A stretch of DNA of 64,000 nt, from contig JBNJGY010000001.1 in NCBI GenBank assembly GCA_051748045.1, positions 126,774 through 190,773 of the forward strand, written 5' to 3'. The stretch is from Thermotogota bacterium. GTDB lineage: Bacteria > Thermotogota > Thermotogae > Petrotogales > Petrotogaceae. How positions within the stretch are numbered: position 1 is the stretch's first letter; each line of letters starts with the position of its first letter. Below the pieces are notes generated by a model that worked only from the letters and a program-made list of their open reading frames with translations, did no database searches and was not told the origin of the DNA. Both the position numbers and the translations under genes were made by a program. This document shows, piece by piece, positions 21,068 through 31,018 of the stretch.

Positions 21068-21670
21068 TTATGACTTTTCTGCTTCTTCTTTTGAGTTAAT
21101 TACTTTATCAATTAATCCATATTTTTTTGATTCTTCAGCTGACATAAAGAAATCTCTATCTGTATCTTTTTGAATCTTTTCAATTGGTTGGCCTGTATGA
21201 TGACTCAAAATTCTATTCAATTCTTTTTTCATTCTTAAAATTTCTTTAGTTTGAATTTCAACATCAATAGCTGTACCTTGACTACCACCCCAAGGTTGAT
21301 GAATCATAATTCTTGAGTTTGGAAGAGCAAATCTTTTTTTATCCGCTCCGCCTGCTAATAACACTGCTCCCATTGACGCTGCCTGACCTAAACAAATTGT
21401 TGAAACATCATTCTTAATATATTGCATAGTGTCATATATTGCCATTCCCGCTGTTATTGAGCCTCCAGGAGAGTTTATATACAAATATATATCTTTCTCT
21501 GGATTTTTAGATTCTAAAAATAACATTTGTGCAACTATCACATTTGCAACTGTATCATTGACTTCAGTACCAAGAAATATTATATTGTCCTTTAAAAGTC
21601 TTGAATAAATATCATAAGATCTTTCATATCTTCCATCACTTTCTATTACTACTGGCATTGGTATGCTCAT
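21068..21670 (-). CDS. clpP: ATP-dependent Clp protease proteolytic subunit
   Basis: [33 protein letters not shown] and DTDRDFFM motifs. Confidence 0.98.
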   Translation of the reverse strand: MSIPMPVVIESDGRYERSYDIYSRLLKDNIIFLGTEVNDTVANVIVAQMLFLESKNPEKDIYLYINSPGGSITAGMAIYDTMQYIKNDVSTICLGQAASMGAVLLAGGADKKRFALPNSRIMIHQPWGGSQGTAIDVEIQTKEILRMKKELNRILSHHTGQPIEKIQKDTDRDFFMSAEESKKYGLIDKVINSKEEAEKS

Positions 21671-21969
21671 TATCCTAACCTCCTACCTTTGTTGACTTTT
21701 TCTATGACTTTTTTTGTGTCAACTGATGATAAAATCAATTGTCCACTATCCATATATATAACTGTTTCTACACTTCTTCCATAAGTGATATCAATTAAAC
21801 TAGTATTTCCCTTAACTTCATTATTATCATCTTTTTTTTCTTCTTCTGTTAAAACATCATTCCCTTGGAATATTTTTTTTACTCTTCTAAACTGTATATA
21901 TTCCTGAGGTAAAATCGAATGAACTCTTTCTGCAGCTATGTAAGAATCCTTTGTTATTGGTACAAGCAT
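21670..21969 (-). CDS. RemA/DUF370-family protein
   Basis: [26 protein letters not shown] resembles the RemA LIDATYGR...DS.HVILS motif. Confidence 0.65.
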   Translation of the reverse strand: MLVPITKDSYIAAERVHSILPQEYIQFRRVKKIFQGNDVLTEEEKKDDNNEVKGNTSLIDITYGRSVETVIYMDSGQLILSSVDTKKVIEKVNKGRRLG

Positions 21970-22152
21970 TCTGCACCTCCAAATTTAAATTTTCTTAATA
22001 TAATTATACATTAATAAAAGAATTTTTCCAAAAATAGTCTTACATACAAGTATATAATCATTTATTTAAATATATTTTATAACTAACAAACTATTTTATT
22101 AACAAATTTTTGCTATAATTATTTTTGATTAAGAATATTTGGGGGTAATTAT

Positions 22153-23100
22153 ATGAAAGAAATAATTTCTTACAGAGAAAAAGAAGCTCGAAAATCTTCT
22201 ATTGTTGGAATATTATTGAATAGTTTTTTGGGAATAATTAAAGTTGTTGCTGGTTTAATGACTAATTCTTTGGCTATACTAGCCGATGGTATAGATTCTA
22301 TAACAGATATAATAACATCATTTTTAACATTAATAGCTTCAAAAATTGCGAATAAACCTGCTGATGAATCACATCCATATGGACACGAAAGAATAGAGCC
22401 TATCATAACAAAAATACTATCAATAGTTATCTTATTTGCTGGGTATCAAGTTTTGTATAATGCGCTTTCTAGATTATTTAGTGAAAAAATAACAATAGAA
22501 TATCCATTTTTAATTTTTATAATATCTATAATTTCAGTTGTAGTAAAATTATTTTTATACTATTATAAAAAAAAGATTGGTGAAAAAATCAACAGTTCTT
22601 CTGTGGTTGCTGATGCAATGAATATGAGAAACGATGTTTTCACTTCAACAAGTGTTGCTTTCGGAATTTTACTATTTTATTTAACTGGTATTACTTGGAT
22701 AGACTCTGTTATAGCTATTTTTGTCTCTTTTATTATTTTTAAGGTTGGTATAGAAATGTTTTTAGAAACATCAAATGAATTAATGGATGGTTCTAAAGAA
22801 CTTGGAGAAATATATAAAATTACAATTCAGGCTTCTAATGATTTTGAATGTATCAAAAATCCTCATAAAATTAGAGTCAGAAAATCAGGGTATGTTTATT
22901 TTGTAGATTTACATATAGAATTAGACCCAGACATGACGATTAAAGAAGCAAATGAAATTACAGAAAGGTACGAAAATAAAATCAAAGAGTTGAACAATTA
23001 TATAAAAGATGTTGTAATACATATGGAACCATTTGAAAATGATGAAAATGAAGGATATGGACTTGATAAGAATAAAATTAAAAAATATTTTGGAGATTGA
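22153..23100 (+). CDS. Cation diffusion facilitator (FieF-like) transporter
   Basis: SLAILADGIDS, PADESHPYGHERIE, ADAMNMRND, six TM segments, and C-terminal VVIHMEP. Confidence 0.92.
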   Translation: MKEIISYREKEARKSSIVGILLNSFLGIIKVVAGLMTNSLAILADGIDSITDIITSFLTLIASKIANKPADESHPYGHERIEPIITKILSIVILFAGYQVLYNALSRLFSEKITIEYPFLIFIISIISVVVKLFLYYYKKKIGEKINSSSVVADAMNMRNDVFTSTSVAFGILLFYLTGITWIDSVIAIFVSFIIFKVGIEMFLETSNELMDGSKELGEIYKITIQASNDFECIKNPHKIRVRKSGYVYFVDLHIELDPDMTIKEANEITERYENKIKELNNYIKDVVIHMEPFENDENEGYGLDKNKIKKYFGD

Positions 23101-23111
23101 GGTGTTGAAAA

Positions 23112-24437
23112 ATGCAATTAGACTTTTTAGATGAAGCAAATATATTGGTCAAAGGTGGAAAAGGTGGAGATGGAGCTATTAGTTTCAGAAGAGAAAAATA
23201 TGTCCCGAAAGGCGGACCAGATGGCGGAGACGGAGGTAATGGCGGTAGTGTGATAATAAGATCTACTCCAAATAAAACAACTTTGGTAGGTTTTAAATAT
23301 AAACGAAAATATTTCGCTGAGGACGGAGAAAAAGGAAAAGCAAAGAATATGTATGGAAAAGCGGGAGAAAATCTTATAATAGATGTTCCCTTAGGAACTA
23401 TGATTTTTAATTCGGAAACAAGAGAAATGTTAGCTGATTTGAAAGAACCAGGTAATTATTATATAGCTGTCAGAGGCGGTAAAGGAGGAAGAGGTAATTC
23501 AAAATTTGCCAATTCAACATTACAAGCCCCTAGGATTTCTGAAAACGGTGCAGATGGAGAGTTCAAGAGATTACATTTAGAACTTAAGTTAGTGGCGGAC
23601 ATAGGAATAATTGGTTACCCGAATGTTGGTAAATCTACTTTGATTTCAAGAATATCTAAAGCAAAGCCAAAAATTGCTAACTACCATTTTACTACTTTAA
23701 CTCCTAATCTTGGTGTTGTTAAAGTAGATGAAGCGAAATCTTTTGTAGTAGCAGATATACCTGGGTTGATAGAAGGCGCTCATGAAGGAACAGGTTTAGG
23801 AGATCAATTCTTAAAACACATAGAAAGATGCTTTGGCTTACTTCATGTTGTTGATATATCAGGTTTTGAAGGAAGAGACCCTATAAAAGATTATAAAAAA
23901 ATTAGAGAAGAATTAGAAAGATATTCTACTAATCTAGCAGAAAAAGATGAAATAGTTTGTGGTAATAAAATAGATTTGATCTTAGAAGATCAATTAAAAG
24001 AAAACATAGTTGAGTTTGAAAAACATATAGGAAAAGAAATAACTCCTATTTCTGCGTATACAAATAAAAATATAGATACTATTATTATGAAAATGTGGAA
24101 TATGATAAAAGATTATAAAGAAGATGAACTCAAAAAGATCGAAAAAATAAAAAGAACTTATGAAGACTTCAAAAAACTTAAAGTTGATCCTGTCGAAAAT
24201 GAGGTCTATGAATATTTTAATATAGAAGTTAAAAAAATAGGAGATCATGAATATGAAATATATGGCGAGGGAATTGATCTGCTTCTTAAAAAATATGATG
24301 TTGGTGAAACAGATTCAAGAAGAAAAATTTTAAACATTTTAGAAAAAAATGGATTAAGTAGAACTTTAGGAAAATCAGGTGTTGAAGAAGGAGATACTAT
24401 TTATATTAGTGATTATGCGTTTGAATATATTCCTTGA
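23112..24437 (+). CDS. obgE: GTPase ObgE/CgtA
   Basis: Gly-rich Obg domain (GGKGGDG...GGPDGGDGGNGG), GYPNVGKSTL, FTTL, DIPGLIEGA and NKID. Confidence 0.97.
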   Translation: MQLDFLDEANILVKGGKGGDGAISFRREKYVPKGGPDGGDGGNGGSVIIRSTPNKTTLVGFKYKRKYFAEDGEKGKAKNMYGKAGENLIIDVPLGTMIFNSETREMLADLKEPGNYYIAVRGGKGGRGNSKFANSTLQAPRISENGADGEFKRLHLELKLVADIGIIGYPNVGKSTLISRISKAKPKIANYHFTTLTPNLGVVKVDEAKSFVVADIPGLIEGAHEGTGLGDQFLKHIERCFGLLHVVDISGFEGRDPIKDYKKIREELERYSTNLAEKDEIVCGNKIDLILEDQLKENIVEFEKHIGKEITPISAYTNKNIDTIIMKMWNMIKDYKEDELKKIEKIKRTYEDFKKLKVDPVENEVYEYFNIEVKKIGDHEYEIYGEGIDLLLKKYDVGETDSRRKILNILEKNGLSRTLGKSGVEEGDTIYISDYAFEYIP

Positions 24438-24446
24438 GGTGGTATT

Positions 24447-24998
24447 ATGATTATTTTTTTTGGAGGATCTTTTAACCCTCCTCATATTGGGCATAAAATA
24501 ATAGCTAACATAGTATATGATGAACATAAACCTAACAGATTCATTATTTCGGCTACCCCAAAACCCCCTCATAAGAGAAATTTTAATTTAATTGATAATC
24601 AGTTAAGAAAAGAATTTTGTAAACAAACTTTTGGAAATAAATTTGAAATAACTAATATAGAAGACGAATTACCAAAACCATCATATACACTCCAGACTTT
24701 AGAATATTTAAAAAATATTGATAATGATTTATTTTTATTAATTGGAGAAGATAGTTTATACAATTTTAAAAAATGGTATGAGTACAAAAAAATATTAGAA
24801 ATTTCTTCATTACTTGTTTATCCTAGAAATGGTTTTAGAACTACCAAAAATGATATAATTCATACAAAAATTGATGCCCCAATAATAGAAATATCATCCA
24901 CTTATATTAGAGAAAGAGTTAAAAAAGAAAAAACTATTGAAGGAATGGTAGAAAAAGATATTGAAGAAAAGATTAAACAAACTTACAAAAATTTTTGA
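24447..24998 (+). CDS. nadD: Nicotinate-nucleotide adenylyltransferase
   Basis: GGSFNPPHIGH, SYTLQTL, IGEDS and ISSTYIRER motifs. Confidence 0.94.
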   Translation: MIIFFGGSFNPPHIGHKIIANIVYDEHKPNRFIISATPKPPHKRNFNLIDNQLRKEFCKQTFGNKFEITNIEDELPKPSYTLQTLEYLKNIDNDLFLLIGEDSLYNFKKWYEYKKILEISSLLVYPRNGFRTTKNDIIHTKIDAPIIEISSTYIRERVKKEKTIEGMVEKDIEEKIKQTYKNF

Positions 24999-25027
24999 TT
25001 GACAAAAAAAAATTTCTAATGTATAAT
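24999..25027 (+). promoter_or_regulatory. Sigma70-type promoter of tRNA-Leu(GAG)
   Basis: TTGACA (24999-25004), 17-nt spacer, TATAAT (25022-25027). Confidence 0.88.
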
Positions 25028-25047
25028 AATTTCCGATTGTTATTTTT

Positions 25048-25136
25048 GCCGAGGTGGTGGAATTGGTAGACACGTATGGTTGAGGGCCATATGGGCAATT
25101 GAGCTCGTGCGGGTTCAAATCCCGCCCTCGGCACCA
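25048..25136 (+). tRNA. tRNA-Leu (anticodon GAG)
   Basis: Acceptor GCCGAGG/CCTCGGC plus ACCA, anticodon arm TATGG-TTGAGGG-CCATA, long variable arm, T-loop GGTTCAAATCC. Confidence 0.97.
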
Positions 25137-25174
25137 AAAAACAGGAGACGATTTATTCGTCTCCTGTTTTTTTT
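25136..25174. terminator. Bidirectional intrinsic terminator
   Basis: AAAAAACAGGAGACGA-tttat-TCGTCTCCTGTTTTTT between the tRNA and the convergent gene. Confidence 0.85.
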
Positions 25175-26154
25175 GGTCTTAATATAAATAGAATAATACC
25201 TATAAAAATAACAAAATAATATGTAACTAACCTCCATATAAAAACAGAAGTATTTATAGTAAAAATATCAGCAGTTCCAGCAAATATAATATAATAAAAG
25301 CCTTCTGCAGCCCCTGCTGTACCTGGTGTAGGTACAATTGCAGCTCCTATATCTAAAACTAAAGATTTGAAAAAAACATCTATTGAAAACCCAACATCGA
25401 ATCCCATCAATACGAATATTATAGAAAAAACGTATGTCATAACTTGAACTGTACTTAAAAACAAGACCATTAAAAATTGAGGTATTTTTTTTGAGTTTGT
25501 TTTAAACATATTTACAAATGATTCTACATTACTAACAATTTTTTCCATTTTATCTTCTGGTTTTTTTATAATTTTTATTTTTTTCAAAAAAAACGTAAAT
25601 CTTCTGACAACTCGAATTGATTTATCTTTACTCAAAGAGAACATTAAGATTAAAAAAATTACAAATCCATTTAATAATGTCCCTCCTAAAACAATAAGTG
25701 TTGATTTTAGATTTAGGTTAAAATAAGAATAAAATAGACCTACAAAGCCTAGAATAGTCATTACAATTTGAAAAATCATAGATTTATATATTATACTTGC
25801 AGTTGTTTCGCCAGGCTTTATACCTTTTTGAGATAAATAATAAACTAAAACTGGCTGTCCACCAGTAAAAAAAGGAGTAAGATAATTAAATAAATTACCT
25901 ATTATAACTATTCTCATGAGAGAAAAGAAACCAAATTTATTCTTATGATCAAAAAGAGAAATTTTTAAAATTAATGTTTCTGATACCCATTTGACTATCA
26001 TCATTAAAATTCCTAAAAAAGCATAATAAACTACAAAAGATTTTAACTTTTCAATATTCTCTTCAACCCCAGTACTCAAAGTAAAAACAGATATAATACC
26101 AAAAGTAAGTACTAAAGATAAAATAAAACCTCTAATATATTTCTTTTTATTCAT
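25153..26154 (-). CDS. Lysylphosphatidylglycerol-synthase TM domain / flippase-like membrane protein (UPF0104)
   Basis: FNYLTPFFTGGQP, PTPGTAGAAEG and WRLVTYY motifs; multiple TM segments. Confidence 0.85.
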   Translation of the reverse strand: MNKKKYIRGFILSLVLTFGIISVFTLSTGVEENIEKLKSFVVYYAFLGILMMIVKWVSETLILKISLFDHKNKFGFFSLMRIVIIGNLFNYLTPFFTGGQPVLVYYLSQKGIKPGETTASIIYKSMIFQIVMTILGFVGLFYSYFNLNLKSTLIVLGGTLLNGFVIFLILMFSLSKDKSIRVVRRFTFFLKKIKIIKKPEDKMEKIVSNVESFVNMFKTNSKKIPQFLMVLFLSTVQVMTYVFSIIFVLMGFDVGFSIDVFFKSLVLDIGAAIVPTPGTAGAAEGFYYIIFAGTADIFTINTSVFIWRLVTYYFVIFIGIILFILRPKKTGDE

Positions 26155-26173
26155 TTCTCCACCCCAAACAAAC

Positions 26174-26196
26174 AAAAAGAGCGCCTAAGCGCCCTT
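26174..26196 (-). terminator. Intrinsic terminator after cheW
   Basis: Minus strand AAGGGCGC-ttag-GCGCTCTTTTT. Confidence 0.65.
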
Positions 26197-26199
26197 CAA

Positions 26200-26667
26200 T
26201 TAAGCTTCTTTCATAACTTGTTCTAAGGACATTTTTTCTTCAGAGCTTAATAATTTATCTACATCTAAAATTATAAGCATCTCATCCTCTAACCTTGCAA
26301 TTCCTGAGATGAAATTTACATTATTCATTCCACCTACATCAGGTTTTTCTTCAATTAAATTAGAAGAAATAGTTTTTACTTCTTTTACATCATCAACCAT
26401 TATTCCAATTTTTCTCTGAGCCATTTTAATAACAATTACTTTACATTTTGATTTTTCTTGAAAATCAGGGAATTTGAATTTATTTCTCATATTCACCAAA
26501 GGTAGAACTTCTTCTTTTCTGAAGTTAATTACTCCTTCTAGATACTCTGCAACATGAGGGATGACTGTAACCTCTTCATATTCAGTAACAGCATCTATCT
26601 TCATAATGTCTAGTCCAAATTTTTCTTTTCCTAAATTAAATGTTACTATCTTCATGTCTGTAGCCAT
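26200..26667 (-). CDS. cheW: Chemotaxis coupling protein CheW
   Basis: IVTFNLGKEKFGLDI, LEGVINFR, IGIMVDDVKEV and LIILDVDKLL motifs. Confidence 0.93.
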   Translation of the reverse strand: MATDMKIVTFNLGKEKFGLDIMKIDAVTEYEEVTVIPHVAEYLEGVINFRKEEVLPLVNMRNKFKFPDFQEKSKCKVIVIKMAQRKIGIMVDDVKEVKTISSNLIEEKPDVGGMNNVNFISGIARLEDEMLIILDVDKLLSSEEKMSLEQVMKEA

Positions 26668-26785
26668 TTCGACACCCTCCCAGCTTTTTAATGTTATAAT
26701 TTAAAGGAAGTAATTCTATTAATAACATTATACTATATTTTATAATATATTAAAAATAATAAATAATCAAATATGAGGTGGTATT

Positions 26786-27346
26786 ATGTACGAAAGAGAA
26801 AAAAAATATATAATTAGTGATTATGAAAGTTATTTAAAGCTTAAACACAACTATTTGAAAAAAGATTTGTTGATCCAATGGTACAAAGATACCGGAGAAA
26901 GAATAAGGTTGATAAAAACATCTAATGGAAATGAAACATGGATTAAAACAATTAAAAAATATATTTCTTCAGAGATTAGACATGAAGAAGAGGAAGTTAT
27001 ACCAAAACCTAATTCAATAGAACTAAATAATTTACCCGTTGTAGCAAAAATAAGATATCTTATTTTAGAAGATCCGGAAATAGTTATAGATAGACTATTA
27101 AATCCTTTAAGGATTATTAAATATAAATTATCTTTTGATAAAATAAAATACTTATTAGAGATAGAAGAAAAATATAACAAAATAGAAGATCTGGATAAAT
27201 ATTTAAAAATATATTTAAAAGATGATTATAACAGGTTGAAACAAATAGATAAGAAAAACATCTTCACTAATAGAGACTTCGCTGGTGATTATGATTCAAC
27301 CGCTGATCAGCTGATTAAATACTGTAAGGAAGATTTTAATGGGTAA
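26786..27346 (+). CDS. CYTH/triphosphate tunnel metalloenzyme-like protein
   Basis: N-terminal ExExK (YEREKKY), RIR, and later LEIE motifs. Confidence 0.6.
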   Translation: MYEREKKYIISDYESYLKLKHNYLKKDLLIQWYKDTGERIRLIKTSNGNETWIKTIKKYISSEIRHEEEEVIPKPNSIELNNLPVVAKIRYLILEDPEIVIDRLLNPLRIIKYKLSFDKIKYLLEIEEKYNKIEDLDKYLKIYLKDDYNRLKQIDKKNIFTNRDFAGDYDSTADQLIKYCKEDFNG

Positions 27347-28025
27347 ATTATATATTGTCGGAACACCTATAGGTAATTTAGAAGATATTTCTGTAAGAGC
27401 TTTAAAAACATTGAAAAAAGCAGATTTAATTTTAACTGAAGACAAAAGAGTTACTATTAAATTATTAAATGCCTTAGACATTGGAGAAAAAAATTTATTT
27501 ACTTTTAATCAAGCTAATTCAGAAAGAAAGATAAATCAAGTAATAGAACTTATTAATACACATAATAACATATGTTTAGTTAGTGATGCAGGAATGCCTG
27601 TTATTTCTGATCCTGGGGCAAATTTAATAGATACTTGCTATAATAAAAAAATTGAAATTGATATAATACCTGGGCCCTCTGCACCTATAACTGCTTTGAC
27701 TGCAAGTGGTTTTCCTGGCTCAAAATTTACATTTTTAGGATTTCTTCCAAGAGACAAAAATAGAAGAAGACTCTTTAGAAAAATTAACAATAATTTAGAA
27801 AGTGAAATATACATTTTTTTTGACTCTCCAAACAGATTAATATCAACTTTAAAAGATCTAGAAAAAATAATTGGCGATGTTGAAGTTTTTATTGCAAGAG
27901 AAATTACTAAATTACATCAAGAATTTTTCAAAGGAACTACTCAAGAAGTAATTGATCATTTTACTAATAATCCTTTAAAAGGAGAGATTACAGTTGCTTT
28001 TTCAAAACGAAAACCAATTTCCTAA
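27339..28025 (+). CDS. rsmI: 16S rRNA C1402 2'-O-methyltransferase
   Basis: LYIVGTPIGNLEDIS.RAL, VSDAGMPVISDPG, IPGPSA and AREITKLHQE motifs. Confidence 0.95.
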   Translation: MGKLYIVGTPIGNLEDISVRALKTLKKADLILTEDKRVTIKLLNALDIGEKNLFTFNQANSERKINQVIELINTHNNICLVSDAGMPVISDPGANLIDTCYNKKIEIDIIPGPSAPITALTASGFPGSKFTFLGFLPRDKNRRRLFRKINNNLESEIYIFFDSPNRLISTLKDLEKIIGDVEVFIAREITKLHQEFFKGTTQEVIDHFTNNPLKGEITVAFSKRKPIS

Positions 28026-29406
28026 ATTTGAAAATATTAAATCATTATTGGACAAATTATATGATGATTTTAAAAATTCTGATTTATATGGAAGAGAAAT
28101 TGTAGTTACAGGCGATATCACTTCTGCAAAGTTTAGTAAAAGAAAGGATTTATTTATAGAAATATCTCAAAAAGTTAAAAACACAAACTATTCTATAACT
28201 GTTTTTTTCCCTAATGGTATGGTAAAATATTTATTTAAAAATATAAGCTTACAGGAAACAAAAGACTTAATAAATAAAAGATGGAATATAAAAGGAAAAA
28301 TTTCCTTATGGAAATCGTCAGCTAAATATGTCATAAATGGGTTAAGTTTGAGTGCTTTAGGCGATTCTGAAATAGAATTAAAAAGAAAAAAAATATTAAA
28401 GCTACTTGATTCTAAAAATCTTTTGCAAAAAGAAGAGCATTCCTTGGATGAACTAAACCCAATAAAAAAAATAGCAGTTATAACTTCACCAACTGCAGCT
28501 GGTTTTGGTGATTTTAAGAAAAATCTAAATGAGGCGAAAATAAATCCTCTTATACATTTGTATGAATCACCAATGCAAGGAGCTTCAACAGTACCTGGAA
28601 TGAAAAACGCTTTACGAAATATTATTAAATCAAAAATAGAATATGATTTAATAGTAATAATTCGAGGGGGCGGTTCAAAATCTGATCTCATGTATTTCGA
28701 TGATGAAGAAATTGGTTTTTATATTTCAAAAATGAATGAGAGAATTCCTGTATTGAGTGGTATAGGGCACGAACAAGATAAAACTATTCCTGATTATGTA
28801 GCATGGAAAAGTTACTCAACACCAACTGAGGTTTCAAAAGACATTACAAACGCTATAAATAAAAAATATGAGACTCTGGAATTGTATAGTAAAAATATTT
28901 TCTTATATTTTTCACGATTTTTTATAACTGTTGAAAACTATATAAGTATAAAGCAGATTTATTATCTTAGTAATATGCTGAATAAAAAAATTGATAATGA
29001 TGAAAATATTTTAAAAAATCAAAAGAATAAAATTTCTCGTGAATTTTCTTTTCTTTTTAATCAAAAAGAAACCAAACTTGATTCTATTAAAGCTCGTAAT
29101 ATTAAACAAAAAATAAACCAAGACCTTTCTTTATTTCAAGACAAAATAGATTTTTATTATAATAACATAAATAAAAATATAAATGATTTGGTTTTTAAAC
29201 AAGAAAATAAATTAGCAAATATTTATTATAATATTACAGCTAATAGCCCATTTGCTTCATTTTTAAATAAAGGGGCTTTAATAAAAAAAGATAATAAAAT
29301 AATTAGCTCTTCAAAATTTTTAAAAAAAGATGATACAGTCAACATTATTTTCAAAGATGGAAAAGTTGAAAGCAAAATCTTAAAAATACAAGAGTGGGAG
29401 GACTAA
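27994..29406 (+). CDS. xseA: Exodeoxyribonuclease VII large subunit
   Basis: IAVITSPTAAG, IIRGGGSKSDL, PVLSGIGHEQD and STPT motifs. Confidence 0.9.
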   Translation: MLFQNENQFPKFENIKSLLDKLYDDFKNSDLYGREIVVTGDITSAKFSKRKDLFIEISQKVKNTNYSITVFFPNGMVKYLFKNISLQETKDLINKRWNIKGKISLWKSSAKYVINGLSLSALGDSEIELKRKKILKLLDSKNLLQKEEHSLDELNPIKKIAVITSPTAAGFGDFKKNLNEAKINPLIHLYESPMQGASTVPGMKNALRNIIKSKIEYDLIVIIRGGGSKSDLMYFDDEEIGFYISKMNERIPVLSGIGHEQDKTIPDYVAWKSYSTPTEVSKDITNAINKKYETLELYSKNIFLYFSRFFITVENYISIKQIYYLSNMLNKKIDNDENILKNQKNKISREFSFLFNQKETKLDSIKARNIKQKINQDLSLFQDKIDFYYNNINKNINDLVFKQENKLANIYYNITANSPFASFLNKGALIKKDNKIISSSKFLKKDDTVNIIFKDGKVESKILKIQEWED

Positions 29407-29408
29407 CT

Positions 29409-29675
29409 ATGAAGAATATTATGGAATTAACCAAAAAAGAAATCGAAAAATTAAGTTTCAACAAACAACTTGAATATTTAGAAGAAATAAATGATTTATT
29501 TCAAAATGATAATGGTGAAATGAATGTCGAAGATGCTCTTGAATTATATAAAAAATCGTTGGAAATTTTATCAAAAGCAAAAAGCAAACTAGGCCTACTA
29601 AAAGAAGAAAAAGAAAAAATTGATTCTGAATATGAAAAATTGTTTGAAAGCGAAAAAAACGAAGATGAAGATTGA
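29409..29675 (+). CDS. xseB: Exodeoxyribonuclease VII small subunit
   Basis: LSFNKQLEYLEEI...VEDALELYKKSLEIL; follows xseA. Confidence 0.82.
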   Translation: MKNIMELTKKEIEKLSFNKQLEYLEEINDLFQNDNGEMNVEDALELYKKSLEILSKAKSKLGLLKEEKEKIDSEYEKLFESEKNEDED

Positions 29676-29692
29676 AATATTTTTCATTTCTT

Positions 29693-29738
29693 AACAGCTG
29701 ATTTATTTGATAATATAAATCAGTTGTTTTATTTTTTT
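29693..29738 (+). terminator. Intrinsic terminator after xseB
   Basis: AACAGCTGATTTAT / ATAAATCAGTTGTT stem followed by a T tract. Confidence 0.65.
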
Positions 29739-30016
29739 ACCAGTGTGAAATTTTTATCATAGATATATTTTAATTAAATATTTGCATTTAATCATTCTAG
29801 ATTGTCATTTTTTGACTCTATGTATATTTTCACCACATTGTTATTGTAAATAAATTCTGTTAAAATCATATTGGATTTATTAATGTGTAAATTTAAAGAC
29901 ATTTTCACTTGTTGTTAAATGAAGTTATTTTCTTATTAATTATTGTATGATTTAATAATTAATGAAAGTTGAATTTTGTTTTATTGTTTTTATATTTTTT
30001 TTAATTTATAGTGAAC

Positions 30017-30034
30017 TTGTGAATTAAATATCAA
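30017..30034. promoter_or_regulatory. Candidate Rex operator upstream of the hydrogenase operon
   Basis: TTGTGAATTAAATATCAA compared with Rex consensus TTGTGAA-N4-TTCACAA. A second similar site, GTGTGAAATTTTTATCAT, lies at 29743-29760. Confidence 0.55.
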
Positions 30035-30070
30035 TTATGATTAAATTTATCCTATTTGGGAGGGAAGAAG

Positions 30071-30589
30071 ATGACAGATTCTCTTGATATTCAAATGAAG
30101 GAACTTGAAGAGTATTTAGATAGTTTAAACCTTGAAAATGAAAATGAAGTAGAAAGAAGAAGTTATTTGATTAGAGCACTACACAAAGCTCAGCAAATTG
30201 TTGGCTATTTACCGATTGAAGTTCAAAAATTAATAGCTGAAAAATTGAGAGTTCATGCTTCACAAGTATATGGAGTAGTTACTTTCTACAATTTTTTTAG
30301 TATGAAGCCAAAAGGTAAATTCCCTATCAGTGTTTGTTTGGGTACAGCTTGTTATGTTAGAGGCGCTGGAGATTTATTTGATGAGTTGAAAAAGATTTTA
30401 GGCCTTGAAGATAACGAAACTTCTGAAGATGGAATATTTTCTCTTCACTCTGTAAGATGTGTTGGAGCATGTGGATTAGCACCTGTTTTGATGGTTGGTG
30501 AAAAAGTTCACGGTAGAGTTAAAAAAGAAGATCTTCCACAATTGATTGAAGATTACAAAGTAAAAGCCAAAGAAGAAGGACTAATTTAA
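30071..30589 (+). CDS. hndA: [FeFe]-hydrogenase subunit, NuoE-like [2Fe-2S] (HndA/HydC)
   Basis: LHKAQ..VGYLP, VYGVVTFY, CLGTACYVRG and RCVGACGLAP motifs. Confidence 0.9.
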   Translation: MTDSLDIQMKELEEYLDSLNLENENEVERRSYLIRALHKAQQIVGYLPIEVQKLIAEKLRVHASQVYGVVTFYNFFSMKPKGKFPISVCLGTACYVRGAGDLFDELKKILGLEDNETSEDGIFSLHSVRCVGACGLAPVLMVGEKVHGRVKKEDLPQLIEDYKVKAKEEGLI

Positions 30590-30602
30590 GGAGGTTCTGG
30601 AT

Positions 30603-30998
30603 ATGTCTAAAATAAAAAGCATTGAAGAACTAATGAAAATGAAGGATGAAGCTCAACAAAATATAAAATTTAGAAATGCAGCAGATAAAAAAGAAAAGAC
30701 AATTTTAAAAGTTGCAATGGGAACCTGTGGAATTTCTGCAGGGGCTAAAGAAACATTTAATAAATTAATAGATGTTATCGATAATAAAGATTTAGATGAC
30801 GTTGTAGTTATTCAAACGGGTTGTATGGGTTACTGCCATGCAGAACCAACAGTTGAAGTTAATGAACCAGGTAAAGAGCCTATTTTATATGGTCATATAG
30901 ATGAATCAAGAGTTGAAGAATTAGTTGAAAAACATTTGATTAAAAATGAATTACTTCAAGACTCTATCATAGGCGAAACTCATAAAAGAGCTGAATAA
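30603..30998 (+). CDS. hndB: [FeFe]-hydrogenase thioredoxin-like [2Fe-2S] subunit (HndB/HydD)
   Basis: VAMGTCGISAGA and TGCMGYCHAEPTVEV motifs. Confidence 0.88.
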   Translation: MSKIKSIEELMKMKDEAQQNIKFRNAADKKEKTILKVAMGTCGISAGAKETFNKLIDVIDNKDLDDVVVIQTGCMGYCHAEPTVEVNEPGKEPILYGHIDESRVEELVEKHLIKNELLQDSIIGETHKRAE

Positions 30999-31018
30999 GT
31001 TAGGAGGGAATAAAACTA

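Noticed and set aside
24894..25118. 74-aa minus-strand ORF
   Set aside because: It is the antisense reading of tRNA-Leu(GAG), its promoter and the nadD 3' end.
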